From positions 18,355 to 82,354 of the forward strand of contig CACWXL010000017.1 of assembly GCA_902764825.1 (NCBI GenBank): a stretch of 64,000 nucleotides of DNA. Direction: 5' to 3'. The notes under the pieces were generated by a model. That model was given only the letters and a program-made list of their open reading frames with translations. It had not been told where the DNA came from and did no database searches. Shown here in pieces: positions 1 through 9,634 of this stretch (within the stretch, counting starts at the first letter, position 1; each line of letters begins with the position of its first letter). The stretch comes from Oscillospiraceae bacterium (GTDB lineage: Bacteria; Bacillota; Clostridia; Saccharofermentanales; Saccharofermentanaceae). The position numbers and the translations under genes are program-made.

Positions 1-23
1 ATGGTATCAGTGCAATTCAGGAC

Positions 24-359
24 ATGTTTTCGGAGGTGCTTGAAATGACTCAGAATAAAAGAAAATGGTTGTTTGTAAAGATAGCAGTCGCAATAGCAGC
101 AACTGCTGTTTTTGCAGTGCTGTTTGTAATTCCGTTCAACTTTAAGGATGAGGAAGGCGGGTATACTTTTTCTCCAATTGTCCCATGGTATGTGATCCGG
201 GAAGAATATGATTATTTCGAGGAACCTTCAAACGCTCCATTAATTGGCACCTGGGATTTTCCTGACAGATCTGTAAGGCACAAACTGATAGTTTTCGGCA
301 AAGAATACAGATCAGACATGTACCTGGAATATAAGGATGGCCGGGTAATAAAGATGTGA
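24..359 (+). CDS. Hypothetical membrane-anchored protein
   Basis: 111-aa ORF with an N-terminal hydrophobic helix (WLFVKIAVAIAATAVFAVLFVIPF); no recognised family. Confidence 0.55.
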   Translation: MFSEVLEMTQNKRKWLFVKIAVAIAATAVFAVLFVIPFNFKDEEGGYTFSPIVPWYVIREEYDYFEEPSNAPLIGTWDFPDRSVRHKLIVFGKEYRSDMYLEYKDGRVIKM

Positions 360-436
360 TGGATACTATATAGATAATACTCAGCTTGAATATAATTATT
401 GTGAGGGGAATATAAGTTCTGGAAAAGGAGGTTTTT

Positions 437-2005
437 ATGAGGGATTGCAGTATGGGAAAAACAAGTTTTCGAGATTTTTTATCCGGCGCATATTCGAGAA
501 CCGTTGTTATTGTTGTCATTGTATCTGCTTTGCTGTTAACAGGCTGTCCGGCAAAACCCGTGCCATCGAACGCAACGAATGCAACAACCATTAAAAAAAC
601 TCAAAAAATCTATCCCATGTCTAATGTAGGGGAGCCGTCAAATACCGAATATGATATAAGTCCTTACACAGTAACTGATAATGAATTGAAATATAAATTG
701 CCTGATGCCGAAACAAACGAAGATGAACTTAAGGCTTATGCCAAAGAAAAACTGGAAAAGATAGATTTTCAGGGTAAATACAACATCAGAGGCACATTTC
801 AGGATTATCAGTTTGACATTGTAATCAGCCATGATTTTACCGGTTTTAGAGCTGATAATGGCATGAGTTTTATCTTTACGCGTTATGACAGTGCTGCCGT
901 CGGATATAATTATCCTGAAGAAGAATACGGCCCGAGTGTGGTATTAAGTGTTTATAAGGACCCTTCTGATAAGTTCTTAATCGTTACGGATTGCGCAGAC
1001 TATAAAGTCATAAGTGAGTTTTTCAGAGGAGTCGGATGCGGAACTCAACCTTCACCTACTCCTACACCCATTCCAATAGCTGATCCGTGTGAAATACATT
1101 CAGATCAGTACCGGATAATCATGAATAAGATAGAAGAGCTGGATACGTCTTCACCGGGACTTTATAAATTCAATATCACAGTCGTTACTGATGAGAACAA
1201 TCGCAGTTGCTATTTAGTCCTGACGACTTACCATGATTCTGAAGAACAGCATTTTGTTGTTTATAACGGCAGCCTTACAGAAGCTGAAGATGTTCCGTTC
1301 AAGAAAAAACCACAGATCAAGAATGCCAGAACATACGAAGAGTTAAAGAAGCTTCCGTTCCTTTTAGATACACAAATACTCTTACACGATGAAGTGTTAA
1401 GTGACGGCAAACCGGGCATAGACATTCTCACTCCTATTGCAAGCAACATTGAGGACGGTGAATATTACGGCAAACTGATAGGTATCTCAGAAGACGGAAC
1501 AAGGATCCTGGTGCAAATCGGCAAACCTGTCGTTTTAAGCTACGATAAATTAAAAGGCCTTAATCCGGGAGATCCAGTCGGTTATAAAGACTTTAAGGTT
1601 ACGGAGATAAAGCAGGGTAAAATCCATGTAGAATCCCAGAAACTCGACAAATATTATTCTTGCTTTTTCCAAAGATACGAGAGCGAAAGACGATCAACCG
1701 ACAAAGCTTTCCTTATGTTCAATACCAGTACCTGGCTTGATGACACGGTGATCATCGAATTGAAACTGGCAGAATCCTGCAAGGTATTTGTTGTGAATGA
1801 ATTCATTTCAAATTACGAAGACATGCCTAAAGATTGGAAAATAAACGGTTCACCAATGCAGAAGACACTTCTCTTTTCAAAGAGAATTAACGATCCATAT
1901 TTAATCTCAGCGAAAAATAACGGATGGTACCCTATAGATTCCGGTCGTATCACATCAATCATAATTGAAAGCGGTCAGGTTATTGAGATAGAGACTTATT
2001 GCTAA
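437..2005 (+). CDS. Putative lipoprotein, unknown function
   Basis: GGAGG RBS upstream; signal peptide with lipobox LLTGC; PTPTPTP linker; followed by a terminator. Confidence 0.7.
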   Translation: MRDCSMGKTSFRDFLSGAYSRTVVIVVIVSALLLTGCPAKPVPSNATNATTIKKTQKIYPMSNVGEPSNTEYDISPYTVTDNELKYKLPDAETNEDELKAYAKEKLEKIDFQGKYNIRGTFQDYQFDIVISHDFTGFRADNGMSFIFTRYDSAAVGYNYPEEEYGPSVVLSVYKDPSDKFLIVTDCADYKVISEFFRGVGCGTQPSPTPTPIPIADPCEIHSDQYRIIMNKIEELDTSSPGLYKFNITVVTDENNRSCYLVLTTYHDSEEQHFVVYNGSLTEAEDVPFKKKPQIKNARTYEELKKLPFLLDTQILLHDEVLSDGKPGIDILTPIASNIEDGEYYGKLIGISEDGTRILVQIGKPVVLSYDKLKGLNPGDPVGYKDFKVTEIKQGKIHVESQKLDKYYSCFFQRYESERRSTDKAFLMFNTSTWLDDTVIIELKLAESCKVFVVNEFISNYEDMPKDWKINGSPMQKTLLFSKRINDPYLISAKNNGWYPIDSGRITSIIIESGQVIEIETYC

Positions 2006-2031
2006 AACTGATCACGATCATCTGCTTTTTG

Positions 2032-2064
2032 AAGGAGCTGTCCCGCCGGGGCGGCTCCTTTTTT
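2032..2064 (+). terminator. Rho-independent terminator
   Basis: AAGGAGCTG...CGGCTCCTT stem followed by a T-tract. Confidence 0.75.
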
Positions 2065-2221
2065 GTATGTGAACGGAGATGTGGCTTTTTCGGAGGATCG
2101 CTGTAATACCTGCCGCTTTTTTAGGGGTAACAATTATATAAAAATGCCATTTTATATAATTGTCGGCCTGTTTTTTACCCCTTGTATTATAGTTGTGGTT
2201 TGTTGGGAAATAGAAGGCGTC

Positions 2222-2250
2222 AAAAAGGGCCGCCTCTTCTGAGACGGCCC
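2222..2250 (-). terminator. Rho-independent terminator of the symporter gene
   Basis: On minus strand GGGCCGTC-loop-GGCGGCCC followed by TTTTT. Confidence 0.65.
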
Positions 2251-2275
2251 TATTGTAAAACCCAAATAAAGTTTA

Positions 2276-3847
2276 TCAGACTTCGTCAGCAGGTGCTTCC
2301 TCGGGAAGTGAATATCTCTTCTCGACTGTGACCTTCTCGTCGTAGCAGGAGAAGATTCCGTCAACCTTTTCCTTAGCGAGCTTAGGAGTGATAAGGCTTA
2401 CGAGAGGTACGATGATAAGGCCTGCAACCATTGTAATTGCGCCTGCGTTGATAGGTGAAGCGATGAACTTCAGGAACATGTTAGCAACCGTGAAGCCTAC
2501 ACCGAAGATGAAGCATACCCAAACAGAGAGCTTCGTTGTCTTCTTCCAGTAGAGACCCCAGAGGAACGGTGCGAGGAATGCTCCTGCGAGTGCGCCCCAT
2601 GAATAACCCATGAGCTGAGCGATGAACGTCGGAGGGTTAAGTGAGAGGAGTACTGATACGAGGATGAAGAATACAAGCAAAAGACGCATAGTAATGAGCT
2701 GAGTCTTTTCTCTCTTCTTTTTGTCTTCGTTCTTCTTGGGCTTGATCTGTTCGATGAGGTCCAAAGTAACTGTCGAGCTCGATGTGAGAACGAGGGAAGA
2801 CAGTGTGGACATTGATGCGGAAAGAACGAGAACGATAACTACGCCTACGAGAATTGTAGGGAGGTTGTCGAGCATTGTGGGGATGATGGAGTCGTACATG
2901 ACGGAACCGTCTTCCTTGTAGATTACCGGATTATCCTTGTAGAGTCTTGCAAAGCCGCCCAGGAAGTAGCAGCCGCCGGCAACGATGAATGCGAAGATAG
3001 TGGAGATGATCGTTCCTGCCTTAACAGACTTCTCGTCCTTGATGGCATAGAACTTGCCGACCATCTGGGGAAGACCCCAAGTACCCAAAGATGTAAGGAT
3101 GATTACACCGAAGAGGTTAAGAGGGTCAGGTCCGAAGAATGATGTGAACGCACCCTGCATGCCTGCTGTAACAGGAAGGTCAGACTCTGTCTGTGAAAGT
3201 GTTGTAAGGGCGGTGAGGAAACCACCGTTGTTGTTAAGAACGGTAGCGATAACAGCCGTGATGCCGAAGAGCATGATGATGCCCTGTACAAGGTCGTTTA
3301 CGACAGTTGCCATGTAGCCGCCGAGGATGACATAGACGCAGGTAAGAGCTGCCATTACGATGATGCAGATCTTATAGTCGATGTTGAATGCCATATTGAA
3401 AAGTCTCGAAAGACCGTTATATACAGAAGATGTATAAGGGATAAGGAAGATGAAGGAGATGAGAGCAGCTGCTACGCGGAGAGCCTTGCTGTCGAATCTC
3501 TTGCCGAAGAAGTCAGGCATTGTCTTGGAGTTCAAGTGCTTTGTCATGACTCTTGTTCTTCTGCCAAGGATGATCCATGCGAGAAGTGAACCGATAACTG
3601 CGTTGCCGATACCGATCCAGGTAGATGCGACACCGTATTTCCAACCGAACTGTCCTGCATATCCGATGAATACTACTGCGGAGAAATAGGATGTTCCGTA
3701 ACCGAATGCCGTAAGCCAGGGTCCTGCATTTCTGCCGCCCAATACGAAGCCTTCGACGCTGTTTGCCTTTTTACGCGTGATAAGACCGATTCCGATCATG
3801 ACAGCGAAAAAGACAACAAGGAAGATGATCTTGATTGCCAAATCCAT
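2276..3847 (-). CDS. Sodium:solute symporter (SSS family)
   Basis: 523 aa, ~13 hydrophobic segments; N-terminal FVLGGRNAGPWLTAF and GLPQMV motifs typical of SSS proteins. Confidence 0.9.
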   Translation of the reverse strand: MDLAIKIIFLVVFFAVMIGIGLITRKKANSVEGFVLGGRNAGPWLTAFGYGTSYFSAVVFIGYAGQFGWKYGVASTWIGIGNAVIGSLLAWIILGRRTRVMTKHLNSKTMPDFFGKRFDSKALRVAAALISFIFLIPYTSSVYNGLSRLFNMAFNIDYKICIIVMAALTCVYVILGGYMATVVNDLVQGIIMLFGITAVIATVLNNNGGFLTALTTLSQTESDLPVTAGMQGAFTSFFGPDPLNLFGVIILTSLGTWGLPQMVGKFYAIKDEKSVKAGTIISTIFAFIVAGGCYFLGGFARLYKDNPVIYKEDGSVMYDSIIPTMLDNLPTILVGVVIVLVLSASMSTLSSLVLTSSSTVTLDLIEQIKPKKNEDKKKREKTQLITMRLLLVFFILVSVLLSLNPPTFIAQLMGYSWGALAGAFLAPFLWGLYWKKTTKLSVWVCFIFGVGFTVANMFLKFIASPINAGAITMVAGLIIVPLVSLITPKLAKEKVDGIFSCYDEKVTVEKRYSLPEEAPADEV

Positions 3848-3910
3848 GTTTTTTGTTCCTCACTTTTTGCTTCTTCCACCCTCAAGATAGCTAAGAAGCG
3901 TTTTTATTCA

Positions 3911-3944
3911 AAAAATAAGCCTTGTGCCTAAAAACACAAGGCTT
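3911..3944 (-). terminator. Terminator downstream of the acyl-CoA ligase
   Basis: AAGCCTTGTG...CACAAGGCTT inverted repeat with flanking T-tract. Confidence 0.65.
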
Positions 3945-3949
3945 TTATT

Positions 3950-5552
3950 TTAAGACTGATTTTCCTGTTCGACAAGTCTTTCAGCGCCATATCTCTTACG
4001 GAGAACAGGCTTTTCGATCTTGCCGGTGGCGTTTCTCGGAACGTCAGCTAAGATTATCTGCTTCGGCCTCTTGTAACGGGGCAGCTGGGTGCAGAACTTT
4101 TCGAGTTCTTCAACGGTGCAGTTGCTGCCGGGTTCGATCTCGACGATGGCACCTGTGATCTCGCCTAATCTCTTGTCGGGAAGACCGATTACCGCAACGT
4201 CCTTTACCTTAGGATATTCCTGGAGGAAGTTCTCGATCTCGACAGGGTAGATGTTCTCACCGCCGGATACGATAACGTCCTTCTTACGGTCAACGAGGAA
4301 ATAGAAACCGTCTTCATCCTGGCGTGCCATGTCGCCGGTGAAGAGCCATCCGTCTCTCAAAGTTTCCTTTGTTGCTTCAGGGTTTCTGTAGTATTCGAGC
4401 ATTACGCCGGGACCCTTGACGCAGAGCTCACCGACCTCGCCCTGAGGTACTGTGTTGCCGTTCTCGTCAACGATCTTGCACTCCCAACGGTAACCCGGAA
4501 CGCCGATGGCGCCGACCTTGTGAGTATTTTCGAGTCCAAGGTGAACGCAGCCGGGGCCGGTGGATTCGGAAAGACCGTAGTTCGTATCGTACTGGTGATT
4601 AGGGAAGTAATCCTTCCAGTGACGGATAAGTGACGGAGGTACGGGCTGAGCGCCGATATGCATAAGACGCCACTGGTCGAGCTTGTAATCTGAGAGCTTC
4701 AATTCGCCGCGGTCAAGGGCATCGAGGATGTCCTGAGCCCACGGTACGAGAAGCCATACGATAGTGCACTGCTCGTCGGAAGCTGCCTTTAAGATAACTT
4801 CAGGCTTAGTGCCCTTGAGAAGGACTGCCTTGCTGCATGTCCACAAAGAGCCCATCCAGTGGAACTTGGCGCCTGTGTGATAGAGAGGCGGGATGCAGAG
4901 GAAGCAGTCGTTCTTGCCTGTCTGGTGATGAACGGCTTCCATCTCAGCTGCCTGTGTAAGGCTTCTGTGAGGGTGAAGGATAGATAGCTGCGTAATCTTC
5001 TTCAGTAAGTTCGATCATGGGATCCTTGGAAGAGTAGTCAGCAACCTGCTGCCAGTAATTCTCTGCGAATTCGGGAGCCTGACCGTCGCCTACATAGAGG
5101 AGAAGTCTGTCTTTTGCGATCTCATCAGCATTGATATTAAGTCTGTCCACGAACTCGGATCCGAAGAACATGACGGAGATCTCGGCTAAGTCAGCGCAGT
5201 ATGAGATCTCGTTTGCCGTATATCTGAAGTTAAAAGGAACTGCGATAGCGCCTGTCTTTAAGATACCGAAATAGATAGGAAGCCATTCAAGGCAGTTGAA
5301 CATAAGGATAGCAACTTTGTCGCCCTTCTTGATCCCGCGTCCCAGGAGCATGTTTGCTACTCTGTTGGACTTCTCATCGAAGATCTGCCATGTGATCTCG
5401 TGACGGTAAGGCATGGACTTTGTCTGCTGGACAAGGTCGAATTCCTTGAAGGAGATCTTTCTCGTATCTTCCATTGCGGGGTTGAGCTCGATAAGAGCTA
5501 CTTCATCGCCATGCTCTCTGGCATTGCGTCTCAATAAATCTGTAACAGGCAT
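3950..5552 (-). pseudogene. AMP-binding acyl-CoA ligase (ANL superfamily), split by a frameshifting deletion
   Basis: ORF 4944-5552 is the N-terminal part; ORF 3950-4942 has YGLSE, FTGD, GGENIYPVEIE and GKIEK motifs. The SSGTTGxPK P-loop is missing at the junction, and the frame upstream of the second ATG reads ILHPHRSLTQAAE. Confidence 0.8.
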
Positions 5553-5707
5553 TTATATTCCTCCCTTGTGCTTTATTTATCTAAATAAAGCCAAAGACAA
5601 TAATATCATCGCAACACAAGTACGTCAAAATAATAAAATAATAAATACAAATATTTTTCATCGTGTTCTATAATAAAGTGTTTGATTATGCGCAGGAGGA
5701 AGAGTCC

Positions 5708-7450
5708 TTGATACGAAAACTGATGAAATCTATCCGGCAGTATACGAAGGATACGGTACTGTCGCTCGTATTTATTATCGGAGAAGTTATTCTTGAAGTA
5801 GTAATACCGTTTATCACTGCGTACATGGTTAATATGATCCAGGATAATGCAGGGATGGACACCATTCTTAAGATTGGCGGTGTTATTACCGTAGCTGCGA
5901 TCCTGTCACTTACCTGCGGCGCATTGGCCGGCAATTTTTCCGCCAAGGCATCAGCCGGATTTGCGGGGAACTTAAGATCCGATATGTTCGCCAAGGTCCA
6001 GAAATTCTCATTCGGAAACATCGATAAATTCTCCACGTCATCTCTGGTCACGAGAATGACGACAGATATCACTACCGTCCAGAATGCATTTATGATGATG
6101 ATAAGGATCGCGGTAAGAGCGCCTCTAATGTTTGCTTTCGCGATCATCATGGCATATGTTCTCGGAGGTTCGCTTGCTACGACTTTCGTGATCGTTGTAC
6201 CCATTCTTGCTGTTGGTCTGATCATTATCGGAAAGCTCGCAATGCCTGCTTTCCGCGCCGTATTCAAGAAGTACGACAAGATGAACGAATCCATTGAGGA
6301 AAACGTCCGCGGAATGCGCGTCGTTAAGGGCTTTGCAAGAGAAGAATACGAGCAGGACAAGTTCGGCAAGGCTTCAGACAATATCAGACTGGACTTTACC
6401 AAGGCTGAGAAGATCGTCGGTCTTAACTCTCCTCTCATGGAACTCTGCCTGCATTTCAATGTTGTATTTGTTCTTTATGTCGGCTCGAAAATGGCTATCC
6501 AGAGCAACGGCACCGTGATCAATATCGGCCAGATCTCAGCACTTATGACATACGGCTTCATGGTCCTCATGTCACTCATGATGGTATCAATGATATACGT
6601 CATGCTCACGATGTCTGTTGAGGCAGCCAAGCGTATCGTTGAGGTCCTTGAAGAGAAGCCTTCTATCGCAAATCCCGAGAATCCTGTCATGGAAGTCAGG
6701 GACGGTTCGATCGATTTCACGGATGTTGCTTTCAAATATTCCGAGAAGGCTGCAAGAAACGCACTTTTCGACATCGACCTTCACATAGACAGCGGAATGT
6801 CAGTCGGTATCTTAGGCGGTACGGGTTCATCCAAGACCACGCTGATCCAGCTTATCCCGAGACTTTACGATGTTACTGAAGGCGAGGTAAAAGTCGGCGG
6901 CGTACCCGTAAAGGATTATGACGTAAAGACATTAAGAGACGCCGTCTCGGTCGTTCTCCAGAAGAACGAGCTGTTCTCCGGAACGATCGCCGAGAACCTC
7001 AGATGGGGTAATGAGAATGCATCTGACGAAGAGCTTGTTGAGGCATGCAAGATCGCCCAGGCTTATGAGTTCGTATCTTCCTTCCCGGAAGGATTCGATA
7101 CTCATATAGAGCAGGGCGGCACCAACGTCTCAGGCGGTCAGAAACAGAGACTCTGTATCGCCAGAGCTCTTTTGAAGCGCCCGAAGATCCTGATCCTGGA
7201 CGACTCCACATCTGCAGTCGATACCAGAACAGATGCATTGATAAGAAAGGGATTCAAGGAATATATCCCTGAGACTACAAAGATAATAATCGCCCAGAGA
7301 GTCGCTTCCGTTCAGGAATGTGACATGATCATCATCATGGACGGCGGCAAGATCATGGGTACCGGTACTCACGAGGAGCTCTTAAAGAGCAATGAGATCT
7401 ATCGTGAGATCTACGAAGAACAGACGAAGGGAGGATCGGACAATGAGTAA
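5708..7450 (+). CDS. ABC exporter, fused TMD-NBD, subunit 1 (degenerate-site subunit of a heterodimer)
   Basis: AGGAGG followed by TTG start; Walker A GGTGSSKT, signature VSGGQKQR, Walker B LDDS. Confidence 0.9.
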   Translation: MIRKLMKSIRQYTKDTVLSLVFIIGEVILEVVIPFITAYMVNMIQDNAGMDTILKIGGVITVAAILSLTCGALAGNFSAKASAGFAGNLRSDMFAKVQKFSFGNIDKFSTSSLVTRMTTDITTVQNAFMMMIRIAVRAPLMFAFAIIMAYVLGGSLATTFVIVVPILAVGLIIIGKLAMPAFRAVFKKYDKMNESIEENVRGMRVVKGFAREEYEQDKFGKASDNIRLDFTKAEKIVGLNSPLMELCLHFNVVFVLYVGSKMAIQSNGTVINIGQISALMTYGFMVLMSLMMVSMIYVMLTMSVEAAKRIVEVLEEKPSIANPENPVMEVRDGSIDFTDVAFKYSEKAARNALFDIDLHIDSGMSVGILGGTGSSKTTLIQLIPRLYDVTEGEVKVGGVPVKDYDVKTLRDAVSVVLQKNELFSGTIAENLRWGNENASDEELVEACKIAQAYEFVSSFPEGFDTHIEQGGTNVSGGQKQRLCIARALLKRPKILILDDSTSAVDTRTDALIRKGFKEYIPETTKIIIAQRVASVQECDMIIIMDGGKIMGTGTHEELLKSNEIYREIYEEQTKGGSDNE

Positions 7451-9419
7451 TAAGCCCAATGCTCCCAAGCAAAAAGTTGAAGCAGCACCCGCACCCGGCG
7501 GAAGACGCAGAGGCCCGGCTTCGATGTCCCAGGTCATCGGATCCATGGGAAGCCTCAAGCGCGTTGTAAAGATGTATATCAAGCAGTTCCCCGTTCTCAC
7601 GTGGGTCATTGTCATCTTCAATATCTACAACGCTGTTGCAGCTGCACTCCCTATGGTATTCCTTCAGAAAGTCACGGCGGTTCTTGAGGAGACTCTGGAA
7701 TCAGGCGACTGGGAATACGCAAAGATTAAGATCGTCTCATACCTGATCCCGCTTATCTGCATCTATGCAGGAGCTGCGGTCGTAAGCATCCTGAATTCAC
7801 AGCTCATGGCTTACATGACGCAGAAGTTCCTGCACAAGCTAAGAACTGACCTGTTCAACAAGATGCAGACACTGCCTTTGAGCTATTTCGATACTCATAA
7901 GCACGGCGACATCATGAGCCACTATACCAACGATATTGATACATTAAGACAGCTCGTATCAATGGCTATCCCGAACATTATCAGAGCGGGTGTCGTCGTT
8001 ATCACGGTATTTGTTACGATGCTCCGTTACAGCATCTGGCTCACTTTGATAATGGTCGTCGGAATCATTGTAATGATGCTCGTAACAGGCAAAGTCGGCG
8101 CAGGTTCAGCCAAGTACTTTATCAGGCAGCAGAAAGCCGTTGCCGCTACCGAAGGCTACATTCAGGAGATAATGAACGGTCAGAAGGTCGTCAAGGTATT
8201 TAACCACGAGGGCAAGGTCACTGAAGAGTTCAACAAACTCAATGACGGTCTTGCCGAAGACAGCGGCAAAGCCAATACCTATGCGAATATCCTGGCTCCT
8301 ATCATCAACAATATCGGAAACATCATCTATGTTCTCCTCGCTGTGGCAGGCGGCATCATGACAGCTCTGCATGTTGTCAATTTCTCATTCTCCGGACTGC
8401 CGATGGGCGTCGATATCGTCGTTCCGTTCCTTAACGGAAGCAAGCAGTTCATGGGCAATATCAACCAGCTCACGATGCAGATGAATGCGATCGTTATGGC
8501 AGGCGCAGGTGCCCAGAGGATCTTCGATCTTCTCGATGAAAAGCCTGAGACAGATGACGGCTATGTAACGCTTGTCAATGCAAATATCGCTTCTGACGGC
8601 ACGATCACTGAGGCTGATCACCAGACCGGTCACTGGGCTTGGAAGCATCCTCATAAGGCAGACGGTACGATCACATATACCGAGCTTAAGGGTGACGTAC
8701 TGCTCAATGAAGTTGACTTTGCCTATGTGCCCGAAAAGCAGGTCCTTTACGATGTATCCGTCTTCGCAAAGCCCGGTCAGAAGGTTGCTTTCGTAGGTGC
8801 GACCGGCGCAGGAAAGACAACGATCACGAATCTTATCAACCGCTTCTATGACATCGCTGACGGTAAGATCCGTTACGACGGCATCAATGTCAACAAGATC
8901 AAGAAGAAGGATTTGAGAAGATCCTTAGGCCTTGTTCTTCAGGAGACAAATCTTTTCACGGGCACCGTTATGGAGAATATCCGTTACGGCAAGCTCGATG
9001 CTACGGATGAAGAGTGCAGGGAAGCAGCCAAGCTCGCAGGCGCTGCAGACTTTATCGAGCGTCTCCCTGACGGTTACAACACGATGCTTAACAACAACGG
9101 TTCCAACCTCTCACAGGGCCAGAGACAGCTCATTGCTATCGCAAGGGCAGCCGTAGCCAACCCTCCTGTAATGATCCTGGACGAAGCTACATCCTCGATC
9201 GATACACGTACCGAGGCTATCGTTCAGCGCGGCATGGACAAGCTCATGGAGGGCAGGACGGTATTCGTTATCGCTCACAGACTGTCGACCGTCATGAACT
9301 CCGACGTTATCATGGTATTGGATCACGGCAAGATCATAGAGCGCGGTTCACACGAGCAGCTCATTGCAGAGAAGGGTACGTACTATCAGCTCTACACAGG
9401 TGCATTCGAGCTCGAGTAA
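7443..9419 (+). CDS. ABC exporter, fused TMD-NBD, subunit 2 (consensus-site subunit)
   Basis: Overlaps the previous stop; GATGAGKT, LSQGQRQL, LDEATS and AHRLST motifs. Confidence 0.9.
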   Translation: MSNKPNAPKQKVEAAPAPGGRRRGPASMSQVIGSMGSLKRVVKMYIKQFPVLTWVIVIFNIYNAVAAALPMVFLQKVTAVLEETLESGDWEYAKIKIVSYLIPLICIYAGAAVVSILNSQLMAYMTQKFLHKLRTDLFNKMQTLPLSYFDTHKHGDIMSHYTNDIDTLRQLVSMAIPNIIRAGVVVITVFVTMLRYSIWLTLIMVVGIIVMMLVTGKVGAGSAKYFIRQQKAVAATEGYIQEIMNGQKVVKVFNHEGKVTEEFNKLNDGLAEDSGKANTYANILAPIINNIGNIIYVLLAVAGGIMTALHVVNFSFSGLPMGVDIVVPFLNGSKQFMGNINQLTMQMNAIVMAGAGAQRIFDLLDEKPETDDGYVTLVNANIASDGTITEADHQTGHWAWKHPHKADGTITYTELKGDVLLNEVDFAYVPEKQVLYDVSVFAKPGQKVAFVGATGAGKTTITNLINRFYDIADGKIRYDGINVNKIKKKDLRRSLGLVLQETNLFTGTVMENIRYGKLDATDEECREAAKLAGAADFIERLPDGYNTMLNNNGSNLSQGQRQLIAIARAAVANPPVMILDEATSSIDTRTEAIVQRGMDKLMEGRTVFVIAHRLSTVMNSDVIMVLDHGKIIERGSHEQLIAEKGTYYQLYTGAFELE

Positions 9420-9432
9420 GTTGTTTTGCTCA

Positions 9433-9472
9433 CTAAAGGCTTCCGCGCGAACTTCGTTCGCTTGTGCAGAAA
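9433..9472 (+). repeat. Dispersed 40-bp structured repeat, copy 1 (REP-like)
   Basis: 37/40 identical to the reverse complement of 26935-26974; inner hairpin GCGAAC-TTC-GTTCGC. Confidence 0.8.
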
Positions 9473-9634
9473 CGTTCGCAAAACTACTTGCTCTCGCGCA
9501 GGACAAATACTTAAAAGTATCAGGAGGTTGTCATATTTGTGGCAACCTCTTCGTTTTTCTCGCCTGACAGAACGGGTGATGATATAATTTCCGTAAGGGA
9601 ACAAATGGGATAAGGATAAATAAGGGATCTGAAT

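Noticed and set aside
2131-2162. Palindrome as a dif/XerCD site
   Set aside because: No match to the Firmicute dif arms (for example TTATGTAAA) or the 11-6-11 layout.
6800-6840. Non-canonical Walker A (GGTGSSKT) and Walker B (LDDS) as a sign of ABC gene decay
   Set aside because: A degenerate site in one subunit is normal for heterodimeric ABC exporters; the partner subunit has consensus motifs.
9448-9461. GAAC...GTTC suggesting a LexA (Cheo) box; a similar site lies near 30546
   Set aside because: The spacers are 3 and 5 nt, not 4, and the sites lie downstream of genes rather than in SOS promoters.
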